Part shown: positions 39,570-52,720 of the stretch, piece by piece
Layout of the letters: each line of letters begins with the position of its first letter
How positions within the stretch are numbered: the stretch's first letter is position 1
Source of the DNA: Eledone cirrhosa
Lineage: Eukaryota
Assembly (NCBI GenBank): GCA_964016885.1
Contig: OZ024764.1
Coordinates: 25,296,001-25,360,000 of the forward strand
Length of the DNA: 64,000 nucleotides
Direction: 5' to 3'
Made by a program: the position numbers and the translations under genes
The notes under the pieces: model-generated
Seen by the model: only the letters and a program-made list of their open reading frames with translations
Told to the model about the DNA's origin: nothing
Database searches by the model: none

Positions 39570-42545
39570 ACCTACTGCTATAGTCTCACATTTAGACCTG
39601 TTTCTCTCTAGGTATATCTACTGCTATAGTCTCACATTTAGACCTGTATCTCTGTAGATATACCTACTGCTATAGTCTCACATTTAGACTTGTTTCTCTC
39701 TAGATATATCTACTGCTATAGTCTTACATTTAGACCTGTTTCTCTCTAGATATACCCACTGCTATAGTCTTACATTTAGACTTGTTTCTTTCTAGATATA
39801 CCCACTGCTATAGTCTCACATTTAGACTTGTTTCTCTCTAGATATATCTACTGCTATAGTCTCACATTTAGACCTGTTTCTCTCTAGATATACCTACTGC
39901 TATAGTCTTACATTTAGACTTGTTTCTTTCTAGATATACCCACTGCTATAGTCTCACATTTAGACCTGTTTCTCTCTAGATATACCCACTGCTATAGTCT
40001 CACATTTAGACCTGTTTCTCTCTAGATATACCCACTGCTATAGTCTCACATTTAGACTTGTTTCTCTCTAGATATACCCACTGCTATAGTCTTACATTTA
40101 GACCTGTTTCTCTCTAGATATACCCACTGCTATAGTCTCACATTTAGACCTGTTTCTCTCTAGATATACCCACTGATATAGTCTCACATTTAGACTTGTT
40201 TCTCTCTAGATATACCCACTTCTATAGTCTTACATTTAGACCTGTTTCTCTCTAGATATACCTACTTCTATAGTCTCACATTTAGACCTGTTTCTCTCTA
40301 GATATACCCACTGCTATAGTCTCACATTTAGACCTGTTTCTCTCTAGATATACCCACTGCTATAGTCTTACATTTAGACTTGTTTCTCTCTAGATATACC
40401 CACTGCTATAGTCTTACATTTAGACCTGTTTCTCTCTAGATATACCCACTGCTATAGTCTTACATTTAGACCTGTTTCTTTCTAGATATACCTACTGCTA
40501 TAGTCTTGGATTTAGACATGTTTCTTTCTAGATATACCTACTGCTATAGTCTCACATTTAGACCTGTTTCTCTCTAGATATATCCACTGTTATAGTCTCA
40601 CATTTAGACCTGTTTCTCTCTAGATATACCCACTGCTATAGTCTTACATTTAGACCTGTTTCTCTCTAGATATACCCACTGCTATAGTCTCACATTTAGA
40701 CCTGTTTCTCTCTAGATATTCCCACTGTTATAGTCTCACATTTAGACCTGTTTCTCTCTAGATATACCCACTGCTATAGTCTTACATTTAGACCTGTTTC
40801 TTTCTAGATATACCTACTGCTATAGTCTTGGATTTAGACATGTTTCTTTCTAGATATATCCACTGTTATAGTCTCACATTTAGACCTGTTTCTCTCTAGA
40901 TATACCCACTGCTATAGTCTTACATTTAGACCTGTTTCTTTCTAGATATACCCACTGCTATAGTCTTACATTTAGACCTGTTTCTCTCTAGATATACCCA
41001 CTGCTATAGTCTTACATTTAGACCTGTTTCTTTCTAGATATACCTACTGCGATAGTCTTGGATTTAGACATGTTTCTTTCTAGATATACCTACTGCTATA
41101 GTCTCACATTTAGACCTGTTTCTCTCTAGATATACCTACTGCTATAGTCTCACATTTAGACCTGTTTCTCTCTAGATATATCCACTGTTATAGTCTCACA
41201 TTTAGACCTGTTTCTCTCTAGATATACCCACTGCTATAGTCTTACATTTAGACCTGTTTCTTTCTAGATATACCTACTGCTATAGTCTCACATTTAGACC
41301 TGTTTCTCTCTAGATATACCTACTGCTATAGTCTCACATTTAGACCTGTTTCTCTCTAGATATATCCACTGTTATAGTCTCACATTTAGACCTGTTTCTC
41401 TCTAGATATACCTACTGCTATAGTCTCACATTTAGACCTGTTTCTCTCTAGATATACCTAGTGCTATAGTCTCACATTTAGACCTGTTTCTCTCTAGATA
41501 TATCCACTGTTATAGTCTCACATTTAGACCTGTTTCTCTCTAGATATACCTACTGCTATAGTCTTACATTTAGACCTGTTTCTTTCTAGATATACCTACT
41601 GCTATAGTCTTACATTTAGACCTGTTTCTCTCTAGATATACCTACTGCTATAGTCTCACATTTAGACCTGTTTCTCTCTAGATATACACACTGCTATAGT
41701 CTCACATTTAGACCTGTTTCTCTCTAGATATACCCACTGCTATAGTCTCACATTTAGACCTGTTTCTCTCTAGATATACCCACTGCTATAGTCTCACATT
41801 TAGACCTGTTTCTCTCTAGATATACCCACTGCTATAGTCTTACATTTAGACCTGTTTCTCTCTAGATATACCCACTGCTATAGTCTTACATTTAGACCTG
41901 TTTCTCTCTAGATATACCCACTGCTATAGTCTCACATTTAGACCTGTTTCTCTCTAGATATACCCACTGCTATAGTCTCACATTTAGACTTGTTTCTCTC
42001 TAGATATACCTACTGCTATAGTCTCACATTTAGACCTGTTTCTCTCTAGATATACCTACTGCTATAGTCTCACATTTAGACCTGTTTCTTTCTAGAGATA
42101 CCCACTGCTATAGTCTTACTTTTAGACCTGTTTCTTTCTAGAGATACCTACTGCTATAGTCTTACATTTAGACCTGTTTCTTTCTAGAGATACCTACTTA
42201 CCTTTAGACCTGTTTCTCTCTAGATATACCCACTGCTATAGTCTTACATTTAGACCTGTTTCTCTCTAGATATACCCACTGCTATAGTCTCACATTTAGA
42301 CCTGTTTCTCTCTAGATATACCCACTGCTATAGTCTCACATTTAGACCTGTTTCTCTCTAGATATACCTAATGCTATAGTCTCACATTTAGACCTGTTTC
42401 TCTCTAGATATACCCACTGCTATAGTCTTACATTTAGACTTGTTTCTCTCTAGATATACCCACTGCTATAGTCTCACATTTAGACTTGTTTCTCTCTAGA
42501 TATACCCACTGCTATAGTCTCACATTTAGACCTGTTTCTTTCTAG
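39570..42545. repeat. 46-bp minisatellite, about 65 copies, whose last unit supplies the exon acceptor
   Basis: Unit CTGCTATAGTCTCACATTTAGACCTGTTTCTCTCTAGATATACCCA. Confidence 0.97.
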
Positions 42546-42591
42546 ATGTACCCCTTGCTCTGCTACAAAAGCCAATATTTTCAAACATAAC
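42546..42591 (+). CDS. M13 peptidase exon (VPLALLQKPIFSNI)
   Basis: tttctttctag acceptor, gtaagt donor; corresponds to FPAGILQPPFF; phases 1 and 2 fit both neighbours. Confidence 0.88.
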
Positions 42592-42619
42592 GTAAGTACA
42601 ATACTCATGCAATTATTGA

Positions 42620-42980
42620 TCATGGTGGTGGTGGTGGTGTTGATGTTGGTGGTGATGGTGGTGGTGATGGTGGTGGCTGGTGGTGGTAGTGGTGATGATG
42701 GTGGTGATTATTGTGGTGGTGGTGATGATAGTGGTAGTGGTGGTAGTGGTGATAGTGATAGTGGTGGTGGTGGTGGTGGTGGTGGTGGTGGTGGTGGTGG
42801 TGATAGTGGTGGTGATGGTGGTGGTGTTAGTGTTAGTGGTGGCAGTTGTGGTGGTAGTGGTGGTAGTGTTGATGGTAGTGGTGGTAGTGGTGCTGGTGGT
42901 AGTGGTAGTAGTGGTAGTAGTGGTGATGGTGGTGGTGGTGGTGGTTGTCGTCGTTGTTGTCATGGTAGTAGGGATGGTGA
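42620..42980. repeat. Imperfect (GGT)n trinucleotide repeat, intronic
   Basis: Direct reading. Confidence 0.95.
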
Positions 42981-43061
42981 AGTAGAACCTTCTAACTTTC
43001 ATACCCTGCTCATCATTTCTAACTATACATTTCCTTATATTTACAATTTTATTTATTACAG

Positions 43062-43126
43062 GGCTGCTAATTTCGGTGGATTAGGAACTGCGATTGGCCA
43101 CGAAATATTTCATGCTCTCACTATTG
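43062..43126 (+). CDS. M13 peptidase exon with the zinc-binding motif (AANFGGLGTAIGHEIFHALTI)
   Basis: ttacag acceptor, gtaggt donor; HEXXH at 43099-43113 in the NFGG.G..IGHE..H context. Confidence 0.96.
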
Positions 43127-43319
43127 GTAGGTATTCAATAATCTATTGATTTCTTGTCATTCAATTGAGATTCCGGCTAATTACAGACACTAAGAAATGA
43201 GATGTTGTCATGTTTATCCTTTTCTTAAGTACTTCAGCTACATTGTTATTAATCCACTTGTTCATATGTTCAATAATTTGGCATAATCTCTGTGGCTGGT
43301 AACCCTTCTTAACTCTAAC

Positions 43320-43597
43320 CATTTTACAGAGTGTACTGGGTGTATTTTATTGTGGCACCAACACTACCACTTTACAGGGTGTACTGGGTGTATTATACCA
43401 TGACACCAACACTATGATACAGAGTGTACTGGGTGTATTTTATTGTGGTACCAACACTACCACTTTACAGGGTGTACTGGGTGTATTTTATTATGGTACC
43501 AACACTACTTTACAGAGTGTACTGGGTGTATTTTATTGTGGTACCAACACTACCATACAGAGTGTACTGGGTGTATTTTATTGTGGTACCAACACTG
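43320..43597. repeat. Short ~45-48-bp tandem array, about 6 copies
   Basis: Unit TTTACAGAGTGTACTGGGTGTATTTTATTGTGGTACCAACACTACCAC; related to dispersed sequence at 16195-16230, 48465-48490 and 49315-49340. Confidence 0.9.
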
Positions 43598-44011
43598 TCA
43601 CTTTATTTTGGCAAGATCTCTCTGGCCCTTCCTAACTCCAATACCTTAACTATTAAATTACGTGTCTTCATAATGGGATATGTACTGCTACTAAGTTACC
43701 ATATACTTGAATATAAGCAGATCCAAATTAAGCCAACTCCCTATTTTGTGTCTGAGAAATAGGCAAAAATCCAAACACCCTTTATAAGCAAAGACAGGTT
43801 ATCAACACATTTAGATGGTACAGTGGTGGAATGCTCATGAATGGAGAATATATTTACCAAGTTTTAATATTTTGATATTTAAAAGATTTTAAGTGTCATT
43901 TAAAGATTAGTTTTTGTTTCACAACTCCATTACATAATATTTTTACCAATTTCTGGCTCTTTTGAAGGCCATATTCATCCAAAACACAGAAAGAGATAAG
44001 AAAAAATAATT

Positions 44012-46897
44012 TCACCACCAAAGTGAAACAGGTGTAATACTCCCCACCAAAGTGAAACAGGTGTAATATTCACCTCCAAAGTGAAACAGGTGTAATATTC
44101 CCCATCAAAGTGAAACTGGTGTAATATTCCCCTTCAAAGTAAAACTGGTGTAATATACCCTTCCAAAGTGAAACAGGTGTAATATTCACATCCAAAGTGA
44201 AACTGGTGTAATATTCCCTCCAAAGTGAAACAGGTGTAATATTCCCCATCAAAGTGAAACAGGTGTAATATTCCCTCCAAATTGAAACAGGTGTAATATT
44301 CACCTCCAAAGTGAAACTGGTGTAATATTCCCCACCAAATGAAACTGGTGTAATATTCCCCACCAAAGTGAAACAGATGTAATATTCCCCTCCAAAGTGA
44401 AACGGGTTTAATATTCCCCACCAAAGTGAAACTGGTGTAATATTCCCCTCCAAAGTGAAAAAGGTGTAATATTCACCTCCAAAGTGAAACTGGTGTAATA
44501 TTCACTACTAAAGTGAAAGAGGTGTAATATTCCCCACCAAAGTGAAACTGGTGTAATATTCACCTCCAAAAATGAAACAGGTGTAACATTCACCTCCAAA
44601 GTGAAACAGGTGTAATATTCCCCTCCAAAGTGAAACAGGTGTAATATTTCCCTCCAAAGTGAAACTGGTGTAATATTCACCTCCAAAAATGAAACAGGTG
44701 TAATATTCCCCTCCCAAGTGAAACAGGTGTAATATTCCCCACCAAAGTGAAACAGGTGTAATATTCACCTCCAAAAATGAAACAGGTGTAACATTCACCT
44801 CCAAAGTGAAACAGGTGTAATATTCCCCTCCAAAGTAAAACAGGTGTAATATTCCCCACCTAAGTGAAACTGGTGTAATATTCCCCACCAAAGTGAAACT
44901 GGTGTAATATTCACCTCCAAAAATGAAACAGGTGTAATATTCCCCACCAAAGTGAAACTGGTGTAATATTCCCTTCCAAAGTAAAACAGGTATAATATTC
45001 ACCTCCAAAGTGAAACAGGTGTAATATTCCCCTCCAAAGTAAAACAGGTGTAATATTCACCTCCAAAGTGAAACAGGTGTAATATTCCCCTCCAAAGTAA
45101 AACAGGTGTAATATTCCCCACCAAAGTGAAACTGGTGTAATATTCCTCTCCAAAGTGAGACAGGTATAATATTCACCTCCAAAGTGAAACAGGTGTAATA
45201 TTCCCTTCCAAAGTAAAACAGGTGTAATATTCCCCTCCAAAGTGAAACAGGTGTAATATTCCTCTCCAAAGTGAGACAGGTATAATATTCATCTCCAAAG
45301 TGAAACAGGTGTAATATTCCCCTCCAAAGTAAAACAGGTGTAATATTCCCCTCCAAAGTAAAACAGGTGTAATATTCCCCACCTAAGTGAAACCGGTGTA
45401 ATATTCCCCACCAAAGTGAAACTGGTGTAATATTCCCCACCAAAGTGAAACAGGTGTAATATTCCCCACCAAAGCGAAACAGGTGTAATATCCCCCTCCA
45501 CAATGAAACAGGTGTAATATTCCCCACCAAAGTGAAACAGGTGTAATATTCACCTCCAAAGTGAAACAGGTGTAATATTCCCCACCAAAGTGAAACAGGT
45601 GTAATATTCCCCTCCAAAGTGAAACAGGTGTAATATTCCCCTCCAAAGTAAAACAGGTGTAATATTCCCCCACCAAAGAGAAACAGGTGTAATATTCCCC
45701 TCCAAAGTGAAACAGGTGTAATATTCCCCACCAAAGTGAAACAGGTGTAATATTCACCTCCAAAGTGAAACAGGTGTAATATTCCCCTCCAAAGTGAAAC
45801 AGGTGTAATATTCCCCACCAAAGTGAAACAGGTGTAATATTCCCCACCAAAGTGAAACAGGTGTAATATTCACCTCCAAAGTGAAAAGGGTGTAATATTC
45901 CCCTCCAAAGTAAAACAGGTGTAATATTCCCCACCAACATGAAACAGGTGTAATATTCACCTCCAAAGTGAAAAGGGTGTAATATTCCCCTCCAAAGTGA
46001 AACAGGTGTAATATTCCCCACCAAAGTGAAACAGGTGTAATATTCCCCACCAAAGTGAAACATGTGTAATATTCACCTCCAAAGTAAAACAGGTGTAATA
46101 TTCCCCACCAAAGTGAAACAGGTGTAATATTCCCCACCAAAGTGAAACATGTGTAATATTCACCTCCAAAGTGAAACTGGTATCATATTCCCCACCAAAG
46201 TGAAACTGGTGTAATATTCCCCTCCAAAGTAAAACAGGTGTAATATTCCCCACCAACATGAAACAGGTGTAATATTCCCCACCAACATGAAACAGGTGTA
46301 ATATTCCCCACCAAAGTGAAACTGGTGTAATATTCTCCTCCAAAGTGAAACAGGTGTAATATTCTCCTCCAAAGTAAAACAGGTGTAATATTCCCCTCCA
46401 AAGTAAAACAGGTGTAATATTCCCCTCCAAAGTGAAACAGGTGTAATATTCACCTCCAAAGAGAAACAGGTGTAATATTCCCCTCCAAAGTGAAACAGGT
46501 TTAATATTCCCCTCCAAAGTGAAACAGGTGTAATATTCTCCTCCAAAGTGAAACTGGTGTAATATTCACCTCCAAAGTGAAACAGGTGTAATATTCCCCA
46601 CCAAAGTGAAACTGGTGTAATATTCACCTCCTAAGTGAAACAGGTGTAATATTCTCCTCCAAAGTGAAACAGGTGTAATATTCCCCTCCAAAGAGAAACA
46701 GGTGTAATATTCCCCTCCAAAGAGAAACAGGTGTAATATTCCCCTCCAAAGTGAAACAGGTGTAATATTCCCCTCCAAAGAGAAACTGGTGTAATATTCC
46801 CCTCCAAAGAGAAACAGGTGTAATATTCCCCTCCAAAGAGAAACAGGTGTAATATTCCCCTCCAAAGTGAAACAGGTGTAATATTCTCCTCCAAAGT
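44012..46897. repeat. 29-bp minisatellite, about 100 copies
   Basis: Unit CCAAAGTGAAACAGGTGTAATATTCCCCA/T; 29-aa period (3 units) in the ORF track. Confidence 0.97.
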
Positions 46898-47054
46898 TGG
46901 GGAAAATCAGCAAAATGTTAACCTTCAATTTAAATCAGCTCCCATTATACAGTCAATATGTTATCACATATTTCTTGCCTTATATATCAGTAATCCAGAT
47001 GTTAAGAATATTCTATAATTCACATGTTTAATACTGTAATTCAATTTATTTCAG

Positions 47055-47173
47055 ATGAAAACTCCAATAATAATCAATGGCTGGATGACAATTCTCGACC
47101 GAAATACTTAGAGTTGAAAAATGATGTTGCTAAAATATACAGCAAATACCAGTTGAAATCACAAACCGAGACT
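47055..47173 (+). CDS. M13 peptidase exon (ENSNNNQWLDDNSRPKYLELKNDVAKIYSKYQLKSQTET)
   Basis: tttcag acceptor, gtaagt donor; phases 1 and 0 fit; corresponds to the WW..S...F....C...QY segment. Confidence 0.88.
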
Positions 47174-47308
47174 GTAAGTTATCATCATTATCACCATCAT
47201 CATCATCATCCATGATTAATGTCTATTTTCCATACTTACATGGGTTAGATAGACTGTCACGTTATGGGGTTAACCAAACCAGGTAACCATGTGTTGCTTA
47301 TACAGATT

Positions 47309-48880
47309 CATCATCATCGTGTAGTGTCCATTTTTCCTGCTTGCAAGGGTTGAACATATTGTCACAGACTTGGTGTATTTTATCATGGCATTAATACCAG
47401 GTAAGTTATATACTTGGCATAGCTGAAGATCCTCCAAGCTCTTTCTTTGGCAAGTATTCTATAGCTAGGTGCCTCTTCTATCACCAACCACAAGTGTACT
47501 GGGCAATTGTTTATTGTGTAATTAACACTTAAGAAGATGCCATGTCCTTGGTATAACTGAAGTTGTCTATAGTTAGGTACCTTTCCTATCACCAACACTT
47601 GGTATAACTGAAGTTGTCTATAGCTAGGTACCTTTCCTATCACCAACACTTGGCATAACTGAAGTAGTCTATAGCTAGGTACCTTTCCTATCACCAACAC
47701 TTGGTATAACTGAAGTAGTCTATAGCTAGGTAACTTTCCTATCACCAACACTTGGTATAACTGAAGTTGTCTATAGCTAGGTACCTTTCCTATCACCAAC
47801 ACTTGGCATAACTGAAGTTGTCTATAGCTAGGTAACTTTCCTATCACCAACACTTGGTATAACTGAAGTTGTCTATAGTTAGGTACCTTTCCTATCACCA
47901 ACACTTGGCATAACTGAAGTTGTCTATAGCTAGGTACCTTTCCTATCACCAACACTTGGCATAACTGAAGTTGTCTATAGCTAGGTACCTCTCCTATCAC
48001 CAACACTTGGCATAACTGAAGTTGTCTATAGCTAGGTACCTCTCCTATCACCAACACTTGGTATAAATGAAGTTGTCTATAGCTAGGTACCTCTCCTATC
48101 ACCAACACTTGGTATAAATGAAATTATCTATAGCTAGGTACGTTTCCTATCACCAACACTTGGCATAACTGAAGTTGTCTATAGTTAGGTACCTTTCCTA
48201 TCACCAACACTTGGCATAACTGAAGTTATCTATAGCTAGGTACCTTTCCTATCACCAACACTTGGTATAACTGAAGTTGTCTATAGCTAGGTACCTTTCC
48301 TATCACCAACACTTGGTATAACTGAAGTTGTCTATAGCTAGGTACCTTTCCTATCACCAACACTTGGTATAGCTGAAGTTGTCTATAGCTAGGTACCTTT
48401 CCTATCACCAACACTTGGTATAGCTGAAGTTGTCTATAGCTAGGTACCTTTCCTATCACCAACCACTTTACACAAGTGTACTGGGTGATCTTTTATCATG
48501 TGGATCACAAGAACTAGGGAAGCCCTGATGGACCTTTGTCACCTCTGTTGTGGGATTCAGCTTCTTAAAGTCAGTCAGCCCTCACTACCTAATCCTATGA
48601 TTTCTTGGGTCTGCCTCGTCCATGAGTTCCATCCAGTGAGATTTCTTTGCACCTCTTTATACAGCTGTCATCCTACATGTACACCTCATGTCCATTCCAT
48701 TACAGTCTTTTTCTGGCACAACATATCCAATTCAGCTCATGCCAAGTTTTGCTCACAACTCACTTATGCTGTGTCGTTCATGCACACTAATATTACACAT
48801 CTGAGCATACATACATCATTTTTTTCTAGCCTTCTCAGGTCTTCTGCAGTTAAGGCCCATATCACACTGCCATTTTATTC
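47309..48880 (-). mobile_element. Old RTE family A-like 3' fragment containing a minisatellite
   Basis: (GAT)n tail at 47309, 3' UTR-like sequence, and ORF remnant (AEDLRRLEKND) at ~48600-48875. Confidence 0.6.
47547..48462. repeat. 51-bp minisatellite, about 18 copies
   Basis: Unit CTTGGTATAACTGAAGTTGTCTATAGCTAGGTACCTTTCCTATCACCAACA. Confidence 0.97.
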
Positions 48881-49811
48881 ATAATCTGTCATAATACATA
48901 TTTCTACGATCGTAATAATTACTTAATGCTGCCATCACACAACCATTAACACGACTTCATCAGACAACATCTTACATAATATGATTGTTATTGTAACATT
49001 TCTAATACAATACAGTCTATTGGCAAGGGGATGGACAAATTCAGTCTTGGACCTATAACAGTCCGTCCCCTTATACATGATGATAATAATTTAATGTCTA
49101 CTTTCCCGGCTAGCAAGGGTGGGATGGGTCTTTGCAGACTGAGTCTGTACTAAAGCATGGCTACTGAATCTCGGAGAAGCCAAAGGCTCACATTTCACTT
49201 ACATACAGTTCCATCTTCTATCAAGTCCATTTTATCATGGCACCAACACAAGAGAGGCTGTCATGTCTTTGACACAATGATAGATCAACAGCTGGATGCC
49301 CTTCCTATCACCAACTACTTCACAACATGTACTGGGTCTGTTTATCATATAGATCACCAACACTAAGAAAACTGTTGTGTTCTTGACACAACTAAAGGGT
49401 TCTCCATCCCTTTGTTTGGCAACCTTTCTATGGCCAGATACCCTTCTTATAACCAACCACTTCACAACATGTACTGGAGGTGTTTATCGTATGGCATCGC
49501 TAGCAGGGCCACCTCTGTATTAATGTTTTATCTCAATTGCTTGTTTATATTTTACTATAACCCAATAGGGATTACTTATCTAAATCTTTTATATTCAATA
49601 CATCTGTTGACAAATGTCTTGTGTCATGGTCTGATGATGTAAGCCAACCACAGAAATATGTATTATGTTATCGTGTAACAATTAAAGAGGTGCGTGGAAT
49701 ACGACTTTCTTGTATTTTCATTGAACTTTGTATGTGTGTGTATATATTGTTATACTTTGTGTGTGCGTGTGTGTCTGTGGGGGGGGGGGGGTCATGCTCC
49801 CAATAAACGAA

Positions 49812-49843
<32 letters not shown>

Positions 49844-49876
49844 CACCATCATCATCATTTTACATCCACTTTTCCC

Positions 49877-50150
49877 TAATAAACAAAAGATAGTTACTTT
49901 AGATCATCTCTATTTTATTATATATATTTCGAATAATCCAAAACATGTTCTCATCAGACAAAATACATAGAAGATGCATAGGAGATGCAGGATCTCTCCA
50001 GCTTATTTGACCGCCAGTATATCACAAGAAACCTACGTCTTCTATGTATTTTGTCTGATGAGAACATATTTTGGATTATGTTATATATCAGCTTTGCATC
50101 TTCAAAATATAAAATAGAGAAGATCTAAAGTAACTATCTTCCATTTATTA
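49877..50150. repeat. Small foldback with hammerhead-bearing arms
   Basis: AAGATAGTTACTTTAGATC/GATCTAAAGTAACTATCTT and TGTTCTCATCAGACAAAATACATAGAAGA/TCTTCTATGTATTTTGTCTGATGAGAACA. Confidence 0.9.
49911..49965 (-). ncRNA. Minimal type I hammerhead motif, same family as 31098-31163
   Basis: Minus strand TATTTTGT CTGATGA GAA..TTC GAAA TATATA TA ATAAAATA; stem II is weak. Confidence 0.7.
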
Positions 50151-50164
50151 TTATTATAATATAA

Positions 50165-50351
50165 GGGCGGTGGATTGGCAGTATCGGTAGAGGGTCGGGC
50201 TCCATGCTTTGACGCATTGAGTTACGGCCCTTGCCATTCTAAGTTCTAATCCCGCCGAGGTTAACTTTGCCTTTCATCCTTACGGGGTCGATAAAATAAA
50301 GTACCAGTAATGTACTGGGTAATTGTTGGCCTTGTGCCAAATGTAGAAACA
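50165..50351 (+). mobile_element. SINE family 2
   Basis: Aligns with 30068-30256; ATTATTATTATAATA on both sides. Confidence 0.9.
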
Positions 50352-50554
50352 ATTATTATTATAATACACTGGATAAATATATACGTTGAGTGCTTAACAT
50401 CTGATATATAAAAGTCAGCTGATTATATAACAACTAACTATTTAAAATTATATATATATATATCATAATCATTGAAAAGATGTTAAATGGGGACAATGAT
50501 GATGATGATATATATATATACCAATCTTATCTGGATACTTTTTGAAATTTGCAG

Positions 50555-50620
50555 ACTAACTTGAAAAAGGTGACACAGGAAAACATCGCTGATCTAGGGG
50601 CAATAAAGATAGCTTATAAG
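50555..50620 (+). CDS. M13 peptidase exon with the third zinc ligand (TNLKKVTQENIADLGAIKIAYK)
   Basis: ttgcag acceptor, AAG|gtttgt donor; ENIADxG motif. Confidence 0.95.
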
Positions 50621-50754
50621 GTTTGTTGAAATATCCTTTATGAGATGATGTTTTCTTGTATAATAATTTCTAACTTAGTCATAAGGCCTACAATTTGTGG
50701 GCTCAGAAAGTTCATTGTATCGACCCCAGTATTAAAAAGAATCTGTGTGAATGT

Positions 50755-51112
50755 ATGTGGCTTAGTGGTTAGAGTGTTTGGCTCAAGGTCGTGAATTTGT
50801 GACTTCAACCTCTGGCATTTTGTCGTGTCCTTGAACAAGACACTTTATTTTTATTTCACCATGCCACAGTCAACACAGAAAAAAATGAGTGATTCCAGAA
50901 ATTCAAGGGGCCAGCCTTTCATACCTTGCTAAATCTCCCTGGGAATTACATTATGGGTACATGTATCTGTGGAGTGCTCAGCTACTTATACCATTACACA
51001 AGATGAAGTATAGCTGTAATTCAAGGGTCATGGCTGTCATACAATGTCTTGCTGAATCTCCCTGGGAACTACATCAAGGGTAAACATGTCTGTGCAATAC
51101 TCAGTCACTTAC
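50755..51112 (+). mobile_element. Degenerate tRNA-derived SINE related to 28077
   Basis: TGGCTTAGTGGTTAG head, GTCCTTGAACAAGACACTTTATTT core, internal duplication. Confidence 0.65.
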
Positions 51113-51219
51113 ATTTCAAGGCACGTGGCTTTGTGGTTAGGGTATTCAGCTCAAGGTTGTGAGTTTGTCTTTAGTCTGTTTGAGGAGGGGTACCACTTCA
51201 ATTTCGATTGCCTTTAGTG

Positions 51220-52436
51220 CAGTGATTCCCAACAAGGGGCTCATGCCTCACAGTGGGTCACTTTTACTATACACCAAGCAGCTTCAGTACACATTATTGT
51301 CAAAATTCGTATCTCACTTCCTTCACGTGTTATTGTGCAACTAGCATCACCTTTACACTTGATCATTGCTGTTTGCACATCAAAGGAGAGCATTTTCTTA
51401 TCAAAGGAGAGCATTTTCATATCAAAGGAGAGTATTTTCATATCAAAGGAGAACATTTTCATACCAAAGAAGAGTATTTTCATATCAAAGGAGAGTATTT
51501 TCATATCAAAGGAGAGCATTTTCATATCAAAGGAGAGTATTTTCATACCAAAGGAGAGCATTTTCATATCAAAGGAGAACATTTTCATACCAAAGGAGAG
51601 CATTTTCATATCAAAGGAGAACATTTTCATACCAAAGAAGAGTATTTTCATATCAAAGGAGAGTATTTTCATATCAAAGGAGAGCATTTTCATATCAAAG
51701 GAGAGTATTTTCATATCAAAGGAGAACATTTTCACACCAAAGGAGAGCATTTTCATACCAAAGGAGAGTATTTTCATATCAAAGGAGAGCATTTTCATAC
51801 CAAAGGAGAGTATTTTCATATCAAAGGAGAGTATTTTCATACCAAAGGAGAGCATTTTCATACCAAAGGAGAGCATTTTCATACCAAAGGAGAACATTTT
51901 CTTATCAAAGGAGAACATTTTCACACCAAAAGAGAGCATTTTCATACCAAAGGAGAACATTTTCATACCAAAGGAGAGCATTTTCATACCAAAGGAGAGC
52001 ATTTTCATACCAAAGGAGAGCATTTTCTTATCAAAGGAGAACATTTTCATACCAAAGGAGAGCATTTTCATACCAAAGGAGAGCATTTTCATACCAAAGG
52101 AGAGCATTTTCTTATCAAAGGAGAGCATTTTCATACCAAAGGAGAACATTTTCATACCAAAGGAGAGCATTTTCATACCAAAGGAGAGCATTTTCTTATC
52201 AAAGGAGAGCATTTTCATACCAAAGGAGAGCATTTTCATATCAAAGGAGAGCATTTTCATATCAAAGGAGAGCATTTTCTTATCAAAGGAGAGCATTTTC
52301 TTATCAAAGGAGAGCATTTTCATACCTAAGGAGAGCATTTTCATATCAAAGGAGAGCATTTTCACACCAAAAGAGGGTATAACAATTTTGAAGACGTTGA
52401 GGTGGGGCATGGTGCACAAAATGTTGGAAACCACTG
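51220..52436. mobile_element. hAT-type MITE with 8-bp TSD CTTTAGTG, carrying a minisatellite
   Basis: TIRs CAGTGATTCCCAACA / TGTTGGAAACCACTG; TSD at 51212-51219 and 52437-52444. Confidence 0.88.
51378..52375. repeat. 21-bp minisatellite, about 47 copies
   Basis: Unit (T/C)CAAAGGAGAGCATTTTCATA. Confidence 0.97.
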
Positions 52437-52546
52437 CTTTAGTGGTTTTAATAATTTGTACCTTCTATGTGTCATGGTTTCCCTGGGTTGAATAGCATTT
52501 GAGACATTCATATGATTTGAAAAGTTTAAAGAGCTTTAATAATTAT

Positions 52547-52707
52547 TTCTACTTTTTGGCACAAGGCCAGCAATTATCCCAGTGTATTACTGGTACTTTA
52601 TGGATGAAAGGCAAAGTTAACCTCGGCAGGATTTGAACTCAGTCCGTAAAGGGACGTAACTGTGCTGCAAAGCATGGCGTCCGACCCTCTACCGATACTA
52701 CCAATCC
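52547..52707 (-). mobile_element. SINE family 2 with internal deletion
   Basis: Reverse complement of 30068-30256. Confidence 0.88.
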
Positions 52708-52720
52708 AAATGTATTGAAA

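Noticed and set aside
42607-43149. 180-aa Gly-rich ORF ending in HEIFH as a standalone gene
   Set aside because: Chance read-through of an intronic (GGT)n tract into the real exon at 43062-43126.
44012-46897. CRISPR-like array (29-bp repeat containing GTGAAAC)
   Set aside because: Units are head to tail with no unique spacers, no cas genes, eukaryotic intron.
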